DNA of 64,000 bases from Gemmatimonas sp. (GCA_031414535.1 JANNVQ010000011.1:1-64000); one strand, 5' to 3'; shown: positions 9,860-20,011, numbered from the stretch's first letter. Notes: generated by a model not told the origin, from the letters alone. A program made the numbers and translations.

Positions 9860-10666
9860 ATGCCGTCGGTCACCCCCTTTCTCCGGCGCCCTCCGGGCGC
9901 GCTGTGGCGCTGCCTCGCAGGCGCGCTGGGGTTACTCGCGGTCGCGAGTGCAGCCGACGCTCAGGTGCTGAGGGGTAGCGTGCGTACTTTGGACAGCTCG
10001 CTGCCGGTTCCCAGCGCCGAAATCGTCTTACGCGACAGCCTCGGCCACGAGATTGCTCGCACGGTCTCGGATGCGAACGGGCTTTTTATGCTGACGCTCC
10101 GCACTCGACGCACATTCAGCCTGCACGCCCGCCGCCTCGGATTCCAAATGGCGAGCACGGACCTGATGCGTGTAGCTGAAGACACGGTAGACCTAGAGAT
10201 TCAACTGGCCGAGGTCGCGCTCGAAGCCGATGCCGTGAACATCACCGGTATGGCCGCGCTCAATGCGCAGCGACTTGAGGAAGCTGAGAGGCGAGGCTGG
10301 AATGTGTACGCGCCCGAACTCATCGCACAGCACCGTGAGCGAGCTCGCGACCTCACGCAGTTGTTGCGCACTCTTGGCCCGCGGAACCTGCAGATGCCGC
10401 GCTTCCCCCGCGACTGCGTGCGCTCGATGCGCACCAACCTCTGCATCACTTATGTAGTGGATGGCCAAGTGCTGGGGCCGGAGGCGTTCATTCTGCCATC
10501 CGACATCTATTTTTTGGCCGTGCTCACGCCGTCGGAATCACAGGTGATGTACGGAAATCGAGCCATCAACGGCGCGGTGGTGGTGTACACCCGCATGGAT
10601 GGAGATCGGTACGACCGCAACTCGCTGCCACCACACATGCGACCACAACCACCGAAACGTCCGTAG
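9860..10666 (+). CDS. Carboxypeptidase-regulatory-like domain plus TonB-plug-like domain, no barrel
   Basis: Signal peptide; LRGSVR..PVPSAEIVL..SDANGLF..RRLGF; C-terminal YVVDG...YGNRAINGAVVVYTR plug-like motif; only 268 aa. Confidence 0.65.
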   Translation: MPSVTPFLRRPPGALWRCLAGALGLLAVASAADAQVLRGSVRTLDSSLPVPSAEIVLRDSLGHEIARTVSDANGLFMLTLRTRRTFSLHARRLGFQMASTDLMRVAEDTVDLEIQLAEVALEADAVNITGMAALNAQRLEEAERRGWNVYAPELIAQHRERARDLTQLLRTLGPRNLQMPRFPRDCVRSMRTNLCITYVVDGQVLGPEAFILPSDIYFLAVLTPSESQVMYGNRAINGAVVVYTRMDGDRYDRNSLPPHMRPQPPKRP

Positions 10667-10669
10667 AGC

Positions 10670-11614
10670 CTAGCGGTTCCCGTCAGGCAGGACGTAGGTG
10701 AGCGGATCTACTGGCTTGCCATCAACGTGGATTTCATAGTGCAGGTGCGGAGCCGTAGAGAGCCCCGTCGAGCCCACCGCGGCAATGAGCTGATTGCGAG
10801 TCACGATTTGGCCTACACGCACGGCCACGCGCGAACAGTGCGCAAACTTGGTGCGGATGCCATTGCCGTGGTCAATCTCCACCACGAGTCCGAAGCCCTG
10901 CGAGATACCGGCGTGTACCACCTTTCCGCCCGCGGGCGCGACGATCGGCGTGCCCGTGGGGGCCGTCACATCAATGCCTTCGTGCGGGCGATTCTCGTGC
11001 AGAATCGGATGGAAGCGGCTACGCGTGAACTGGCTGGAGAGCCATCCCGCCGTAGGCAGGATGCTGGGCGTGTTGGCGAAGCGCGAGTAATTGGCCTCAA
11101 GCGAATCTGATACATCGCGGAAGCCGCTCGCCAAGTCGGTGGCCCGGGTAATGAGGCCCTCGATGTCGGGGCGTGCGCTCCAGCCGAGTCGGCCAGCAAA
11201 GGGGCGCCGCCGCGCCGCGACGCCTACGTCGGAGACGCTCGCCGATGCGAGACCAACGGGGCTCGCCACTTCAACGGCCTCAATGGCTGGTGCGGCTTCC
11301 ACCGGAAGGCCAGCCAGCATGCGCATCTGAGATTCACGCTGGGCGATTTGGAGCAGCGTGTCGTCGAGTGCGCGGAAGCGCTCATCAATGGCGGCAATAT
11401 CGGCCTGCAGAGCCTTGTTCTGCGCCGCGACGAGCCGGGCGCCAGGGGTGCCCCAAGGAGAGAACAGCACCACGAGGGCGCCAACCACCAGCAGAACGGA
11501 CAGACCGCCGCCCCATGCCAGCGCACGAAAGGTCCAAGCCGGCACCTCGTAGCTGCGCGCGGCTTGGTTGCGCGGGGGGACCAAAACAACGGTCCAGCGG
11601 TTTCGTCTCGGCAT
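10670..11614 (-). CDS. M23-family metallopeptidase with N-terminal TM and coiled coil
   Basis: HEGID and STAPHLHYE Zn motifs; start uncertain (11614-11650). Confidence 0.85.
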   Translation of the reverse strand: MPRRNRWTVVLVPPRNQAARSYEVPAWTFRALAWGGGLSVLLVVGALVVLFSPWGTPGARLVAAQNKALQADIAAIDERFRALDDTLLQIAQRESQMRMLAGLPVEAAPAIEAVEVASPVGLASASVSDVGVAARRRPFAGRLGWSARPDIEGLITRATDLASGFRDVSDSLEANYSRFANTPSILPTAGWLSSQFTRSRFHPILHENRPHEGIDVTAPTGTPIVAPAGGKVVHAGISQGFGLVVEIDHGNGIRTKFAHCSRVAVRVGQIVTRNQLIAAVGSTGLSTAPHLHYEIHVDGKPVDPLTYVLPDGNR

Positions 11615-11671
11615 TCCTGAAATGTAGGCCATTCGGGTTGGCTCAACCACCCGAACAAGAGGCGAATCTGC

Positions 11672-13210
11672 CTAGTCTTGCTTCGGCGGCTCAGGACGGG
11701 GGAAGAGGCCCTCCCCCTTGGCCACGGCCCAGCCGGTGCAGTCGAGTAGTTCTGCGTGTTCGAACGTCGTGTCGGCCACGTCCCCAGGGCCACCGAGTGC
11801 CTCCCAGAGCGCCTGAGCCTTTGCCGGCATAACAGGCGCCAAGTACACCGCCTGACGCGCGAGCTGGCGGGCCAGCGCTGCTAGCACGCGCTCCAGCTCG
11901 GCGCGCTGCGCAGGATCCTTCGCGAGCACCCAAGGCTTGGCGTCTTGGATTGCGAGGTTCGCACGCGTGACCGTGCGGAAGATGGCATCCAGCGCATCGT
12001 GCAACATGTAACCACGGCTGCCATCCACGGCGGCGCGCGCCTCAGCGAGGTCTTTCAAATCGGCCGAGTCAGTGGGACCGAAGACTCCGCTGGGAACCAC
12101 AGAGTCGCAGTACTTCTCGATCATGGCGATGGTACGGCTCCCGAGATTGCCGAGGCCATTGGCGAGTTCCGCGGTATAGACCGCCTCGAAGCGCTCCCAC
12201 GAGAAGGAGCCGTCGCCGTCGAAGGGAATGTCGCGGAGCAGGTAGTAACGGAAGGCATCGGCGCCAAAGCGTTCGAGGGCGTCGCTTAACTCAAGCTTCA
12301 CGCCGGCGCTCTTAGAGAAGCGCTCGCCACCGAGCGAGATAAAGCCGTGGGCCCAGACGCGCTCCGGCAGCGGAATGTCGGCGGCCATCAGCATCGCGGG
12401 CCAGATCACCGTGTGGAAGCGCGTGATGTCCTTGCCCACCACGTGCACACTCGCGGGCCAGGAGGCCTTGGAGCCCGGGAAGAACTGGGCCGTCCAATAG
12501 TTAGGCAAGGCATCGAACCACACGTAGGTGGTCTGTGTCTCGCCGTTGCTCAAGGGCCGCGGGAAGGGCACACCCCAATCGAAGCGCGCACGGCTCGCCG
12601 AGATATCTTCGAGGCCTTCCTCGAGCAAAGACAAGATCTCGTTGCGACGCGACTCGGGCTGCAGGAAGGCTGGATGCTTCGCGAGATGCGCTTTGAGCGG
12701 TTCCGTGTAGCGTGAGAGGCGAAAGAACCAATTGCGCTCGGTGACTTCCTCGAGCGTGCGCGTGGGGTGCAAGGCGCACTTGCCGTCTACAACGTCCGCG
12801 GGCTGTTTGAAGCTCTCGCAGCCCACGCAGTACATACCGGTGTAGGAGCGCTCGTAAAAATCGTCGGGGCTCTTCTCAAAGATTCGCTCGAGCAGCTGCT
12901 TCACTCCGGCGTGGTGCTCAGCCGCCGAGGTGCGCATGAACTGGTCGTGCGAGATGCCGAGCCGCTGCCACATGGCCACGAACTTGTCGGCGATCTGATT
13001 GACGAAGGCCTGTGGGGCGAGGCCGGCCTTCTCGGCGGTCTGAGCCACCTTTTGGCCGTGCTCGTCCATGCCGATGAGGAAGCAAACCTCGTGACCCATC
13101 TGGCGATGAAAGCGGCAGATGGCATCGGCGCCAATTTTTTCTAGGGCGTGGCCGAGGTGCGGCTCGCCGTTGGCGTAGTCAATGGCGGTAGTGAGGTAGA
13201 AGCGAGCCAC
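11672..13210 (-). CDS. metG: Methionyl-tRNA synthetase (short form)
   Basis: TTAIDYANGEPHLGH, GMDEHGQK, CVGC knuckle, YVWFDAL, GKDITRFH, RFSKS. Confidence 0.95.
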   Translation of the reverse strand: MARFYLTTAIDYANGEPHLGHALEKIGADAICRFHRQMGHEVCFLIGMDEHGQKVAQTAEKAGLAPQAFVNQIADKFVAMWQRLGISHDQFMRTSAAEHHAGVKQLLERIFEKSPDDFYERSYTGMYCVGCESFKQPADVVDGKCALHPTRTLEEVTERNWFFRLSRYTEPLKAHLAKHPAFLQPESRRNEILSLLEEGLEDISASRARFDWGVPFPRPLSNGETQTTYVWFDALPNYWTAQFFPGSKASWPASVHVVGKDITRFHTVIWPAMLMAADIPLPERVWAHGFISLGGERFSKSAGVKLELSDALERFGADAFRYYLLRDIPFDGDGSFSWERFEAVYTAELANGLGNLGSRTIAMIEKYCDSVVPSGVFGPTDSADLKDLAEARAAVDGSRGYMLHDALDAIFRTVTRANLAIQDAKPWVLAKDPAQRAELERVLAALARQLARQAVYLAPVMPAKAQALWEALGGPGDVADTTFEHAELLDCTGWAVAKGEGLFPRPEPPKQD

Positions 13211-13212
13211 TG

Positions 13213-14349
13213 TTAGGCGTCGGTGTTCGGTGTGGTATCGGAGGCAGGCCCGCCGCGTCCGCGACGTCCACCGCGACGACCGCGACGGCGACGGCGCTTG
13301 CGGTCTTCCTCGGCTGGCTCGCCTTCTGGTGCGGGCTCAGTGCTCAGCTCGACGTCCACCGGCGCGATGACTGGCTCATCGTCGTGCTCTTCCTCGTGCG
13401 TGTCTTCGTCGTCTCGAGCGGCGCGTTGCAAGGTTAACAGGTTACCAGAGAGCGCGGCTGCTTCATCGTCGTTGGGCACCGCACCGGGCGCGGTTTCCTT
13501 GCGGAGCTGCGCGAGTGGGATGGTGCGCGCTTCGCCTTCGGCGGTGCGCAGCGTGACTTGGTCGCGGAAGATGTCGTTGCTCACGACCTTCTCCTCACCG
13601 ACGAGCGTGGTGAGCACCTTCCCTTCCTTTGGGAATCGGCGTCGGGCGGCTACATAAAACTCGTGCTCGTGGCGCAGGCAACACATCAGGCGCCCACAGG
13701 TGCCCGAAATCTGCGAAGGATTCAGCGTGGAGAGTCGCTGATCCTTGGCGGTGCTGGACTTCACGGGGCGCAGTTCGGGTAGCCAAGATGCCGAGCAGAA
13801 TTGACGGCCGCAGCGCCCGATGCCGTCCAAGCGACGCGCTTCGTCGCGCACACCGATGTGCCACATGTGCACGCGCGTGGAGAAGCGCTTCTCAAGGCGC
13901 CTCACGAGTTCGCGAAAGTCCACGCGATCTTCGGCGGTGAAGTAGGCGGTGAGCTTGCGGCGATCCCACTGCCACTCGGTGTCGCTGATCTTGAGGTCAA
14001 GCTTAAGCTCGCGAGCGAACTCGATTGCCGCCTTACGCACGGCGTGCTCGTCGGCGCGCAGTCGCACGGCACGATCAACCTCGTCCGGCTTGGCGATGCG
14101 GAGCGCCTTAGGCAACTCGGACGGCGTTGCCTTGCCATGAAACGTTCCAGCCTTTCGCTTGGCGGCGAGCTCACCGGTGGCGTGAATGCGGCCCAAGTCC
14201 TCGCCGCGCTCAACGCCGACGATGACCGGAGTCCTCGGGGCAGGAGGGTTCTCGCCAGTCCACTGGTAGAAGGCCCGCCGATTTCCCTTGAACTCGACCT
14301 CGACCAGGTGCGTCGTGATCGCTGCTGCCGTCTCTGCTGGGGCCGTCAC
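13213..14349 (-). CDS. ricT: PSP1-domain protein (RicT/YaaT family)
   Basis: RVDFRELV, IGVRDEA, GIGRCGRQFCS, LNPSQISGTCGRLMCCL; acidic and Arg-rich tail; GTG start overlaps the accA stop. Confidence 0.8.
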   Translation of the reverse strand: MTAPAETAAAITTHLVEVEFKGNRRAFYQWTGENPPAPRTPVIVGVERGEDLGRIHATGELAAKRKAGTFHGKATPSELPKALRIAKPDEVDRAVRLRADEHAVRKAAIEFARELKLDLKISDTEWQWDRRKLTAYFTAEDRVDFRELVRRLEKRFSTRVHMWHIGVRDEARRLDGIGRCGRQFCSASWLPELRPVKSSTAKDQRLSTLNPSQISGTCGRLMCCLRHEHEFYVAARRRFPKEGKVLTTLVGEEKVVSNDIFRDQVTLRTAEGEARTIPLAQLRKETAPGAVPNDDEAAALSGNLLTLQRAARDDEDTHEEEHDDEPVIAPVDVELSTEPAPEGEPAEEDRKRRRRRGRRGGRRGRGGPASDTTPNTDA

Positions 14350-15311
14350 TCGGTGAAGGCACCCATCTTGAGGTACTTCTCGCGGCGCTTGCGGATCAGC
14401 TTATCGGGCTTGAGGCCGCGCAGCTCATCAAGGTTCCGCGCAATGGCGTCGTGCACGTTCTTGGCCGTGGCGATGTGATCGGCATGCGCGCCACCAGCAG
14501 GCTCGGGCACGATTTCATCGATGACCTTCAGCTCCACCAGATCGGGCGCGGTGATCTTGAGTGACTTCGCGGCCTTCTCACGCATTTCAAGGCTCTTGCC
14601 GTCCTTCCAGAGAATCGCGGCGCAGCCTTCAACCGTGATGACGGAATAGACGGAGTTCTCGAGCATGAGAATCTTGTCGGCCACGCCAAGCGCGAGCGCT
14701 CCACCCGAACCGCCCTCGCCAATCACCAGCGCGATGATTGGTACGGTGAGCGTGGACATCTCAAACAAATTGCGCGCGATGGCCTCGGACTGCCCTCGCT
14801 CCTCGGCGCCGAGTCCGGCCCACGCCCCCGGCGTGTCAATCATCGTGACGACGGGCACGTGGAACTTCTCGGCCAGCTTCATCAAGCGCAGCGCCTTGCG
14901 ATACCCCTCGGGATGCGGCATTCCGAAGTTGCGGTGCAGGTTTTCCTTGGTGTCGCGGCCGCGCTGATGGCCAATCACCATCACCGTCTCGCCGTCCAAG
15001 CGCGCCCAGCCGCCAACGATGCTGGCGTCATCCTTGAAAGCACGATCGCCGTGGAGCTCCACGAAATCGGTGAACGCGAGGCGGAGATAATCGAGCGTGA
15101 ATGGACGGCGCGCCGAGCGCGCCACCTGCACGCGCTGCAGCGGCGTGAGGTTCTTGTAGACGTCGGCACGCATCTCACCGAGCTTGGCCTGCAGCGGAGC
15201 AATCTGCTGGTTGACGTCGAGCTTTTGCTCTTCGGCAACGCGGCGGACATCCTCGATCTGCTTTTCCAATTCGGCGAGCGGCTTTTCGAATTCGAGTGCG
15301 GAGGTACCCAT
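14346..15311 (-). CDS. accA: Acetyl-CoA carboxylase carboxyltransferase alpha subunit
   Basis: LEFEKPL, ELHGDR, NFGMPHPEGYRKALR, GEGGSGGALA; start placed at MGTSALEF. Confidence 0.95.
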   Translation of the reverse strand: MGTSALEFEKPLAELEKQIEDVRRVAEEQKLDVNQQIAPLQAKLGEMRADVYKNLTPLQRVQVARSARRPFTLDYLRLAFTDFVELHGDRAFKDDASIVGGWARLDGETVMVIGHQRGRDTKENLHRNFGMPHPEGYRKALRLMKLAEKFHVPVVTMIDTPGAWAGLGAEERGQSEAIARNLFEMSTLTVPIIALVIGEGGSGGALALGVADKILMLENSVYSVITVEGCAAILWKDGKSLEMREKAAKSLKITAPDLVELKVIDEIVPEPAGGAHADHIATAKNVHDAIARNLDELRGLKPDKLIRKRREKYLKMGAFTE

Positions 15312-15313
15312 CG

Positions 15314-18300
15314 TCAGCTCCCGCGCACGAGGCGCACCCGTTCGGGCCCAAGCAGGGAGCGGAGCTCCAGCAGGGCCGGACCGGCGGTAGACAGCTTCAG
15401 GGAGCTCGAGCGCAGGCGCGCCGGACTCCCATCTGGACCCTTCCAACGTAGCTCCAAAGGGGCCGAACCGGGATGGGCTTCGGCCACGGCGCGGACGTCC
15501 CGCATCACGTCCAGCGGGAGGCCGGACTCGGTGTCCAGCTCCAGAGCTACCGCGAACTGCCCGGTGGCACGCAACTCGGCCAACCGGGTGATGGATTCCA
15601 CGATGAACGTGGGGTTGTCCGAGCCCTGATCACGACGGCCGTACGCGCCCTTGATGAGGACAGGAACGTCCGTATGGACGCGGTCGCTCATGGCGGCCCA
15701 AGCCTCGGGGAAGACCAGGAGTTCGGCCGTACCCGAGAAGTCCTCTACCACAAGCCGCGCGAACTCGTTGCCGGACTTCTTAGAAATCTGACGCTTCACG
15801 CCGGTCACCACGCCCGCGAGCGACATAGCTTCGGGGCTCCAAGTCCCCAGCTGGCTCACGGTATGCGTGGCCAGTAGCTCGCACTCGGCGCGGAAGGGGT
15901 CGAGCGGGTGGCCGGAGATGTAGAAGCCGAGGATGGCTTTTTCTTGCGTGAGGCGCTCGCTCTCGGAGAACTCCTTCACGCTGGGAAGCGTGGGGAGCAT
16001 GGGTGCGTCGTTCTCCTGCGGGTCCCCGCCGAGGTCGCCGAACAAGGAGCCCTGTCCGGTGGCGACTTCGGCCTGTGCGAGCGAGGCGTGCTGCATGGCG
16101 CCGTCGAGCGCGCCGAGGAACTGCGCGCGGTGGCCTGGCAGGTTATCGAGCGCGCCGGCGTGAATGAGGGCTTCGAACACGCGCTTGTTGCAGACGCGCA
16201 GGTCCACGCGTTCGCAGAGATCGTAAATGGACGCGAAGGGCTTCTCGAGGCGCGCGGCGATGATGGATTCGGCCGCCGAGTGTCCGACGTTGCGGATGGC
16301 GCCGAGTCCAAAGCGAATGCGCGTGTCGCTGACGACCGTGAACTTCCAGCCGGACTCGTTGACGTCGGGCGGGAGGATTTCGAGTGAGACGTCGCGGCAC
16401 TCGTTGATGTACTTCACTACCGCGTCGGTATCGCCAATGGCGGCCGAGAGCACCGCCGCCATGAACTCAGGCGCGTAGTGCGTCTTGAGGTAGGCGGTGT
16501 GGTACGAGAGGATCGAGTAGGCGACCGAGTGCGACTTGTTGAAGCCGTAGCGGCCGAAGGTCTCAATCTGCGCGGCGATCTCGGTGATCACCTTCGGCGG
16601 GAAGCCATTGGCGATGGCTTTCTCGGTGAACTTGCCGAGTTCCTGCTTCATGACCTCGGCGTCTTTCTTGCCCACAGCCTTACGCAGCACGTCGGCTTCG
16701 GCGAGCGAGATACCCGCCAAGCGCTGAGCGATACGCATCACCTGTTCCTGATAGGTGATAACGCCGTAGGTGGGTGCGAGGATCTCTTCGAGCTCGGGGA
16801 GCTGGAAGGAGACGGCTTCTTCGCCCTTTTTGCGGCGCTGATAGACCTTGTGCATGCCCGCATCCAGCGGGCCGGGACGCATCAGCGCGTTGGACGCGAC
16901 AAGGTCGTCAAAACGATCGGCGCGCATGCCGCGCACCATGTCGGTGGCGAGCGGCGATTCAAACTGGAAGACGCCCGCGGTGCGACCCGCACGCAGGCCG
17001 CGATATGTGGCCTCGTCGTCGAGCGGCAGCGCGTCGAGATCAATCTCGAGACCGCGCCGCTCCTTGATGGCACGGACCGCATCCGTAAGGATGGTGAGCG
17101 TGGTGAGGCCGAGAAAGTCCATCTTGAGCATTCCGGCCTTCTCGAGCGCGTTCATGTCGTACTGCGTGACGACTACGCGCTCGTCGCTCCCAGAGCCCGA
17201 ACCCTTGGACTCCTGCGTGCACACGGGGACGTAGTCCTCGAGCGGGCCTGGTGCGATGACGATGCCGGCGGCGTGCACGCCTGCGTGACGCGAGAGCCCT
17301 TCGAGCGAGATGGCGAAGTCGAAGAGTTGCGCGTGGCGATCGTCCTGCTCGTAGAGCTTGCGGACTTCCGGAACTTTTTCGACTGCCTCAGCGACGGTGA
17401 GCGAGAAGTTGGGTGCGTTGGGAATCAGCTTGGCAATCGCGTCGGTCTCGGCAGGCGAGAAGCCCAGCACACGTCCCACGTCCTTGATGCAGGCGCGGGA
17501 CTTGAGGGTCCCGAAGGTGATGATCTGGCCCACCGACTCGCGGCCGTACTTGTTGCGCACGTAGTCAATGACTTCGCCGCGGCGCTCTTCGCAGAAGTCC
17601 ACGTCGATGTCGGGCATCGAGACGCGTTCTGGATTGAGAAAGCGCTCAAAGAGCAGGTCGAACTTGAGTGGGCAGACGTTGGTGATACCCGTGGCGTAGG
17701 CGACGAGCGAGCCTGCTGCCGAGCCGCGGCCGGGTCCGACCGGAATGCCGCGGTCGCGCGCGGCTTGAATGAAATCGGCCGTGATGAGGAAGTAGCCCGC
17801 GTAGCCCGTCTTGGTGATGACACCGAGCTCGTAGTCGAGCCGTTCTTGCACTTCCTTGGGGAGCGGATTGCCGTAGCGCTTCTTGGCGCCGTCGGTGGAG
17901 AGCTTCACCAAGAATTCGTTCTCACTCGTCACGCCGGCGGGCAGTGGGAACGATGGAACGAAGTACTTCTTATCGAAGACGATGTTGACTTCGTCAGCGA
18001 TTTTGAGGGTGTTCTCGAGGACGTCGCTACGGCCCTTGAAGTGCGCGGAGACTTCCGGCGCGGACTTGAAGAACAGGCCGCGGTCGTAGCGCATACGGTC
18101 GGAGTCGAGTCGGTCCTTCTTCAAGCCGATGCACAGCAACACGTCGTGCGCGTCGTGGTCCTCGGCCTTCAGAAAGTGCGCATCGTTGGTGGCGACGACG
18201 GGCAGGCTCATGTCCTGGCCGAGCTTGAAGATCAGCTTGTTGAGCTTCTGCTGTTCGCCGGCCTCGTGGGCTTGGACTTCGAGGTAATAGCGATCTTTGA

Positions 18301-18799
18301 AGACCTCGGCGTACCAGGCGGCGACGGCGCAGGCGTCGTCGTAGCGGTCGGCGAGGAGGTGCTGGGCGACCTCGCCGGCCATGCAGGCCGAGGAGACGAT
18401 GAGGCCGGAGTTGTGGCGGGCCAGCAGTTCGCGATCTACCCTTGGCTTCCCATAAAAGCCTTCGGTGTATGCCAGGGAGGACAGCTTGACGAGATTCTTG
18501 TAGCCTTCGAAGTCGCGGGCAAGCAGGACGAGGTGGAAGTAGTTCTTCTCGCCTTGGGCGGCACGGGAGCGGTCGCGCCGGTCGCCGCGGGCGACATAGG
18601 CTTCCATTCCGATGATTGGCTTGAGCTTGGCTTTTTTGGCTTTCTCCTGAAATTCCCACGCGGCGTGCAGATTGCCGTGGTCCGTGATGGCGAGGGCAGG
18701 TTGTTCGAACTCCTGCGCGCGGGCGATCAGGTCGTCAATTCTGTTCGCGCCGTCGAGGAGCGAGTACTCGCTGTGGGTGTGGAGATGGACGAAGCTCAT
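15314..18799 (-). CDS. dnaE: DNA polymerase III alpha subunit
   Basis: FVHLHTHSEYSLLDGA PHP domain, GPGRGSAAGS, RVSMPDIDVDF, YGFNKSHS; 1161 aa with no intein-sized insertion. Confidence 0.97.
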   Translation of the reverse strand: MSFVHLHTHSEYSLLDGANRIDDLIARAQEFEQPALAITDHGNLHAAWEFQEKAKKAKLKPIIGMEAYVARGDRRDRSRAAQGEKNYFHLVLLARDFEGYKNLVKLSSLAYTEGFYGKPRVDRELLARHNSGLIVSSACMAGEVAQHLLADRYDDACAVAAWYAEVFKDRYYLEVQAHEAGEQQKLNKLIFKLGQDMSLPVVATNDAHFLKAEDHDAHDVLLCIGLKKDRLDSDRMRYDRGLFFKSAPEVSAHFKGRSDVLENTLKIADEVNIVFDKKYFVPSFPLPAGVTSENEFLVKLSTDGAKKRYGNPLPKEVQERLDYELGVITKTGYAGYFLITADFIQAARDRGIPVGPGRGSAAGSLVAYATGITNVCPLKFDLLFERFLNPERVSMPDIDVDFCEERRGEVIDYVRNKYGRESVGQIITFGTLKSRACIKDVGRVLGFSPAETDAIAKLIPNAPNFSLTVAEAVEKVPEVRKLYEQDDRHAQLFDFAISLEGLSRHAGVHAAGIVIAPGPLEDYVPVCTQESKGSGSGSDERVVVTQYDMNALEKAGMLKMDFLGLTTLTILTDAVRAIKERRGLEIDLDALPLDDEATYRGLRAGRTAGVFQFESPLATDMVRGMRADRFDDLVASNALMRPGPLDAGMHKVYQRRKKGEEAVSFQLPELEEILAPTYGVITYQEQVMRIAQRLAGISLAEADVLRKAVGKKDAEVMKQELGKFTEKAIANGFPPKVITEIAAQIETFGRYGFNKSHSVAYSILSYHTAYLKTHYAPEFMAAVLSAAIGDTDAVVKYINECRDVSLEILPPDVNESGWKFTVVSDTRIRFGLGAIRNVGHSAAESIIAARLEKPFASIYDLCERVDLRVCNKRVFEALIHAGALDNLPGHRAQFLGALDGAMQHASLAQAEVATGQGSLFGDLGGDPQENDAPMLPTLPSVKEFSESERLTQEKAILGFYISGHPLDPFRAECELLATHTVSQLGTWSPEAMSLAGVVTGVKRQISKKSGNEFARLVVEDFSGTAELLVFPEAWAAMSDRVHTDVPVLIKGAYGRRDQGSDNPTFIVESITRLAELRATGQFAVALELDTESGLPLDVMRDVRAVAEAHPGSAPLELRWKGPDGSPARLRSSSLKLSTAGPALLELRSLLGPERVRLVRGS

Positions 18800-18830
18800 T
18801 AGGGTGGAAAGTTAGTTCGGTTTTGGACTG

Positions 18831-18853
18831 GACGGATGACGGATGACGGATGC
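18831..18853. repeat. (GACGGAT)3 heptamer arm
   Basis: GACGGATGACGGATGACGGATGC. Confidence 0.85.
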
Positions 18854-18854
18854 T

Positions 18855-18902
18855 TGAGGGCTTGACTTGAGACGTGAGACTTGAGACGTGAGAGCTGAGG
18901 GC
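18855..18902. repeat. Second heptamer tandem array, TGAG(A/G)(C/G)N, about 6 units
   Basis: TGAGGGC, then TGAGACG TGAGACT TGAGACG TGAGAGC TGAGGGC at 18868-18902. Confidence 0.75.
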
Positions 18903-19973
18903 GGACAGCCGTTGGAGGGAAAGTGGGGCTTTCGGCGCGTTTTGCGCTGGGGGCTGCGTGGGCTTGTGGGGCTTCTGGCGCTCGCGGTGCTGCTGCTGGT
19001 GGTGACGCCTTTGGGGCGGTATTTGGCGCGGGCCGGCTACGAGGAGGCGCGGATTTTGTTGGCGCGGCGGCCGATTGGCGAGCTGGTGGCGGACTCGTCT
19101 CTGGATGCGCTGACGCGAGGGAAGCTGCAGTTGGTGCTGGAGGCGCGGGTGTTTGCACGGGATTCGCTGGGGTTGCCTCCAAAAGATGCGTTCACGCAGT
19201 TCACCCAGTTGCGTTCTGACACGCTGGTGTTGTTGCTGTCCGGAGCGCGGCCCGATTGGCTGGAGCCGGTGCTTTGGCGTTTCCCGTTGGTGGGGCGGCT
19301 GCCGTACAAGGGGTACTTTCGACTCACGGACGCGCTTGAGGCCGAGCGAGCTTTGAAGGCGGATGGCTTCGATACCTATCTGCGGCCGGCGTCGGCGTTC
19401 TCCACGCTCGGGTGGTTTAACGATCCGCTGCTCTCCACTACACTGGCGCAGGATTCGGTAGATCTCGTGAATACGGTGATTCACGAGTTGACGCACAATC
19501 GCTACTTCGCAGCTGGGGATGCCACGTTTAACGAGAGCTTTGCGAATTTCGTGGGCGCGCGGGGGGCGGAGGCGTTCTTCCGGGCGCGTGGGGATGCGGC
19601 GCGAACGCGTGTCGCTGCGTTGTCGTGGGACGATGAGCGGGGCTTAGCCGCATTTTGGGGCAGCTTGTATCGAACGCTCGATTCCACGTTCAAGACGCAT
19701 CCCGGCGATTCGCTGCGCACGCAGCGCCTCGCGTTGCGCGACTCAGTCTACGCAGGGGCGCGCAAACGTCTCGTTGATTCGCTCGCGCCCACGTGGCTGT
19801 CTATCTCGCCCCGCTACGCGGAGCTGGTGCGCCTCGACAATGCGGCCCTCCTCGCACGGCGTGTGTACTTGTCCGACGTCGAGGTGTTCGAACGCGCCTA
19901 CTCGGAGTCGGGCCGAGATCTGCGGCGCAGTATTGATACGCTCATCGCGCGGCATCGCACTCGCGCTCCTTGA
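18888..19973 (+). CDS. Putative Zn aminopeptidase (PF10023-like)
   Basis: WRFPLVGRLPYKGYF, AFSTLGWFNDPLLST, IHELTH, FNESFANFVG; start uncertain because it lies in the repeat. Confidence 0.8.
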   Translation: MRAEGGQPLEGKWGFRRVLRWGLRGLVGLLALAVLLLVVTPLGRYLARAGYEEARILLARRPIGELVADSSLDALTRGKLQLVLEARVFARDSLGLPPKDAFTQFTQLRSDTLVLLLSGARPDWLEPVLWRFPLVGRLPYKGYFRLTDALEAERALKADGFDTYLRPASAFSTLGWFNDPLLSTTLAQDSVDLVNTVIHELTHNRYFAAGDATFNESFANFVGARGAEAFFRARGDAARTRVAALSWDDERGLAAFWGSLYRTLDSTFKTHPGDSLRTQRLALRDSVYAGARKRLVDSLAPTWLSISPRYAELVRLDNAALLARRVYLSDVEVFERAYSESGRDLRRSIDTLIARHRTRAP

Positions 19974-20011
19974 GGGGCTCTGCCAGATGCGTATTCGCTG
20001 AGGGACGCTCG

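Noticed and set aside
16478..18802. 774-aa plus-strand ORF
   Set aside because: Antisense shadow of dnaE from GC-biased codon use; no recognisable motifs
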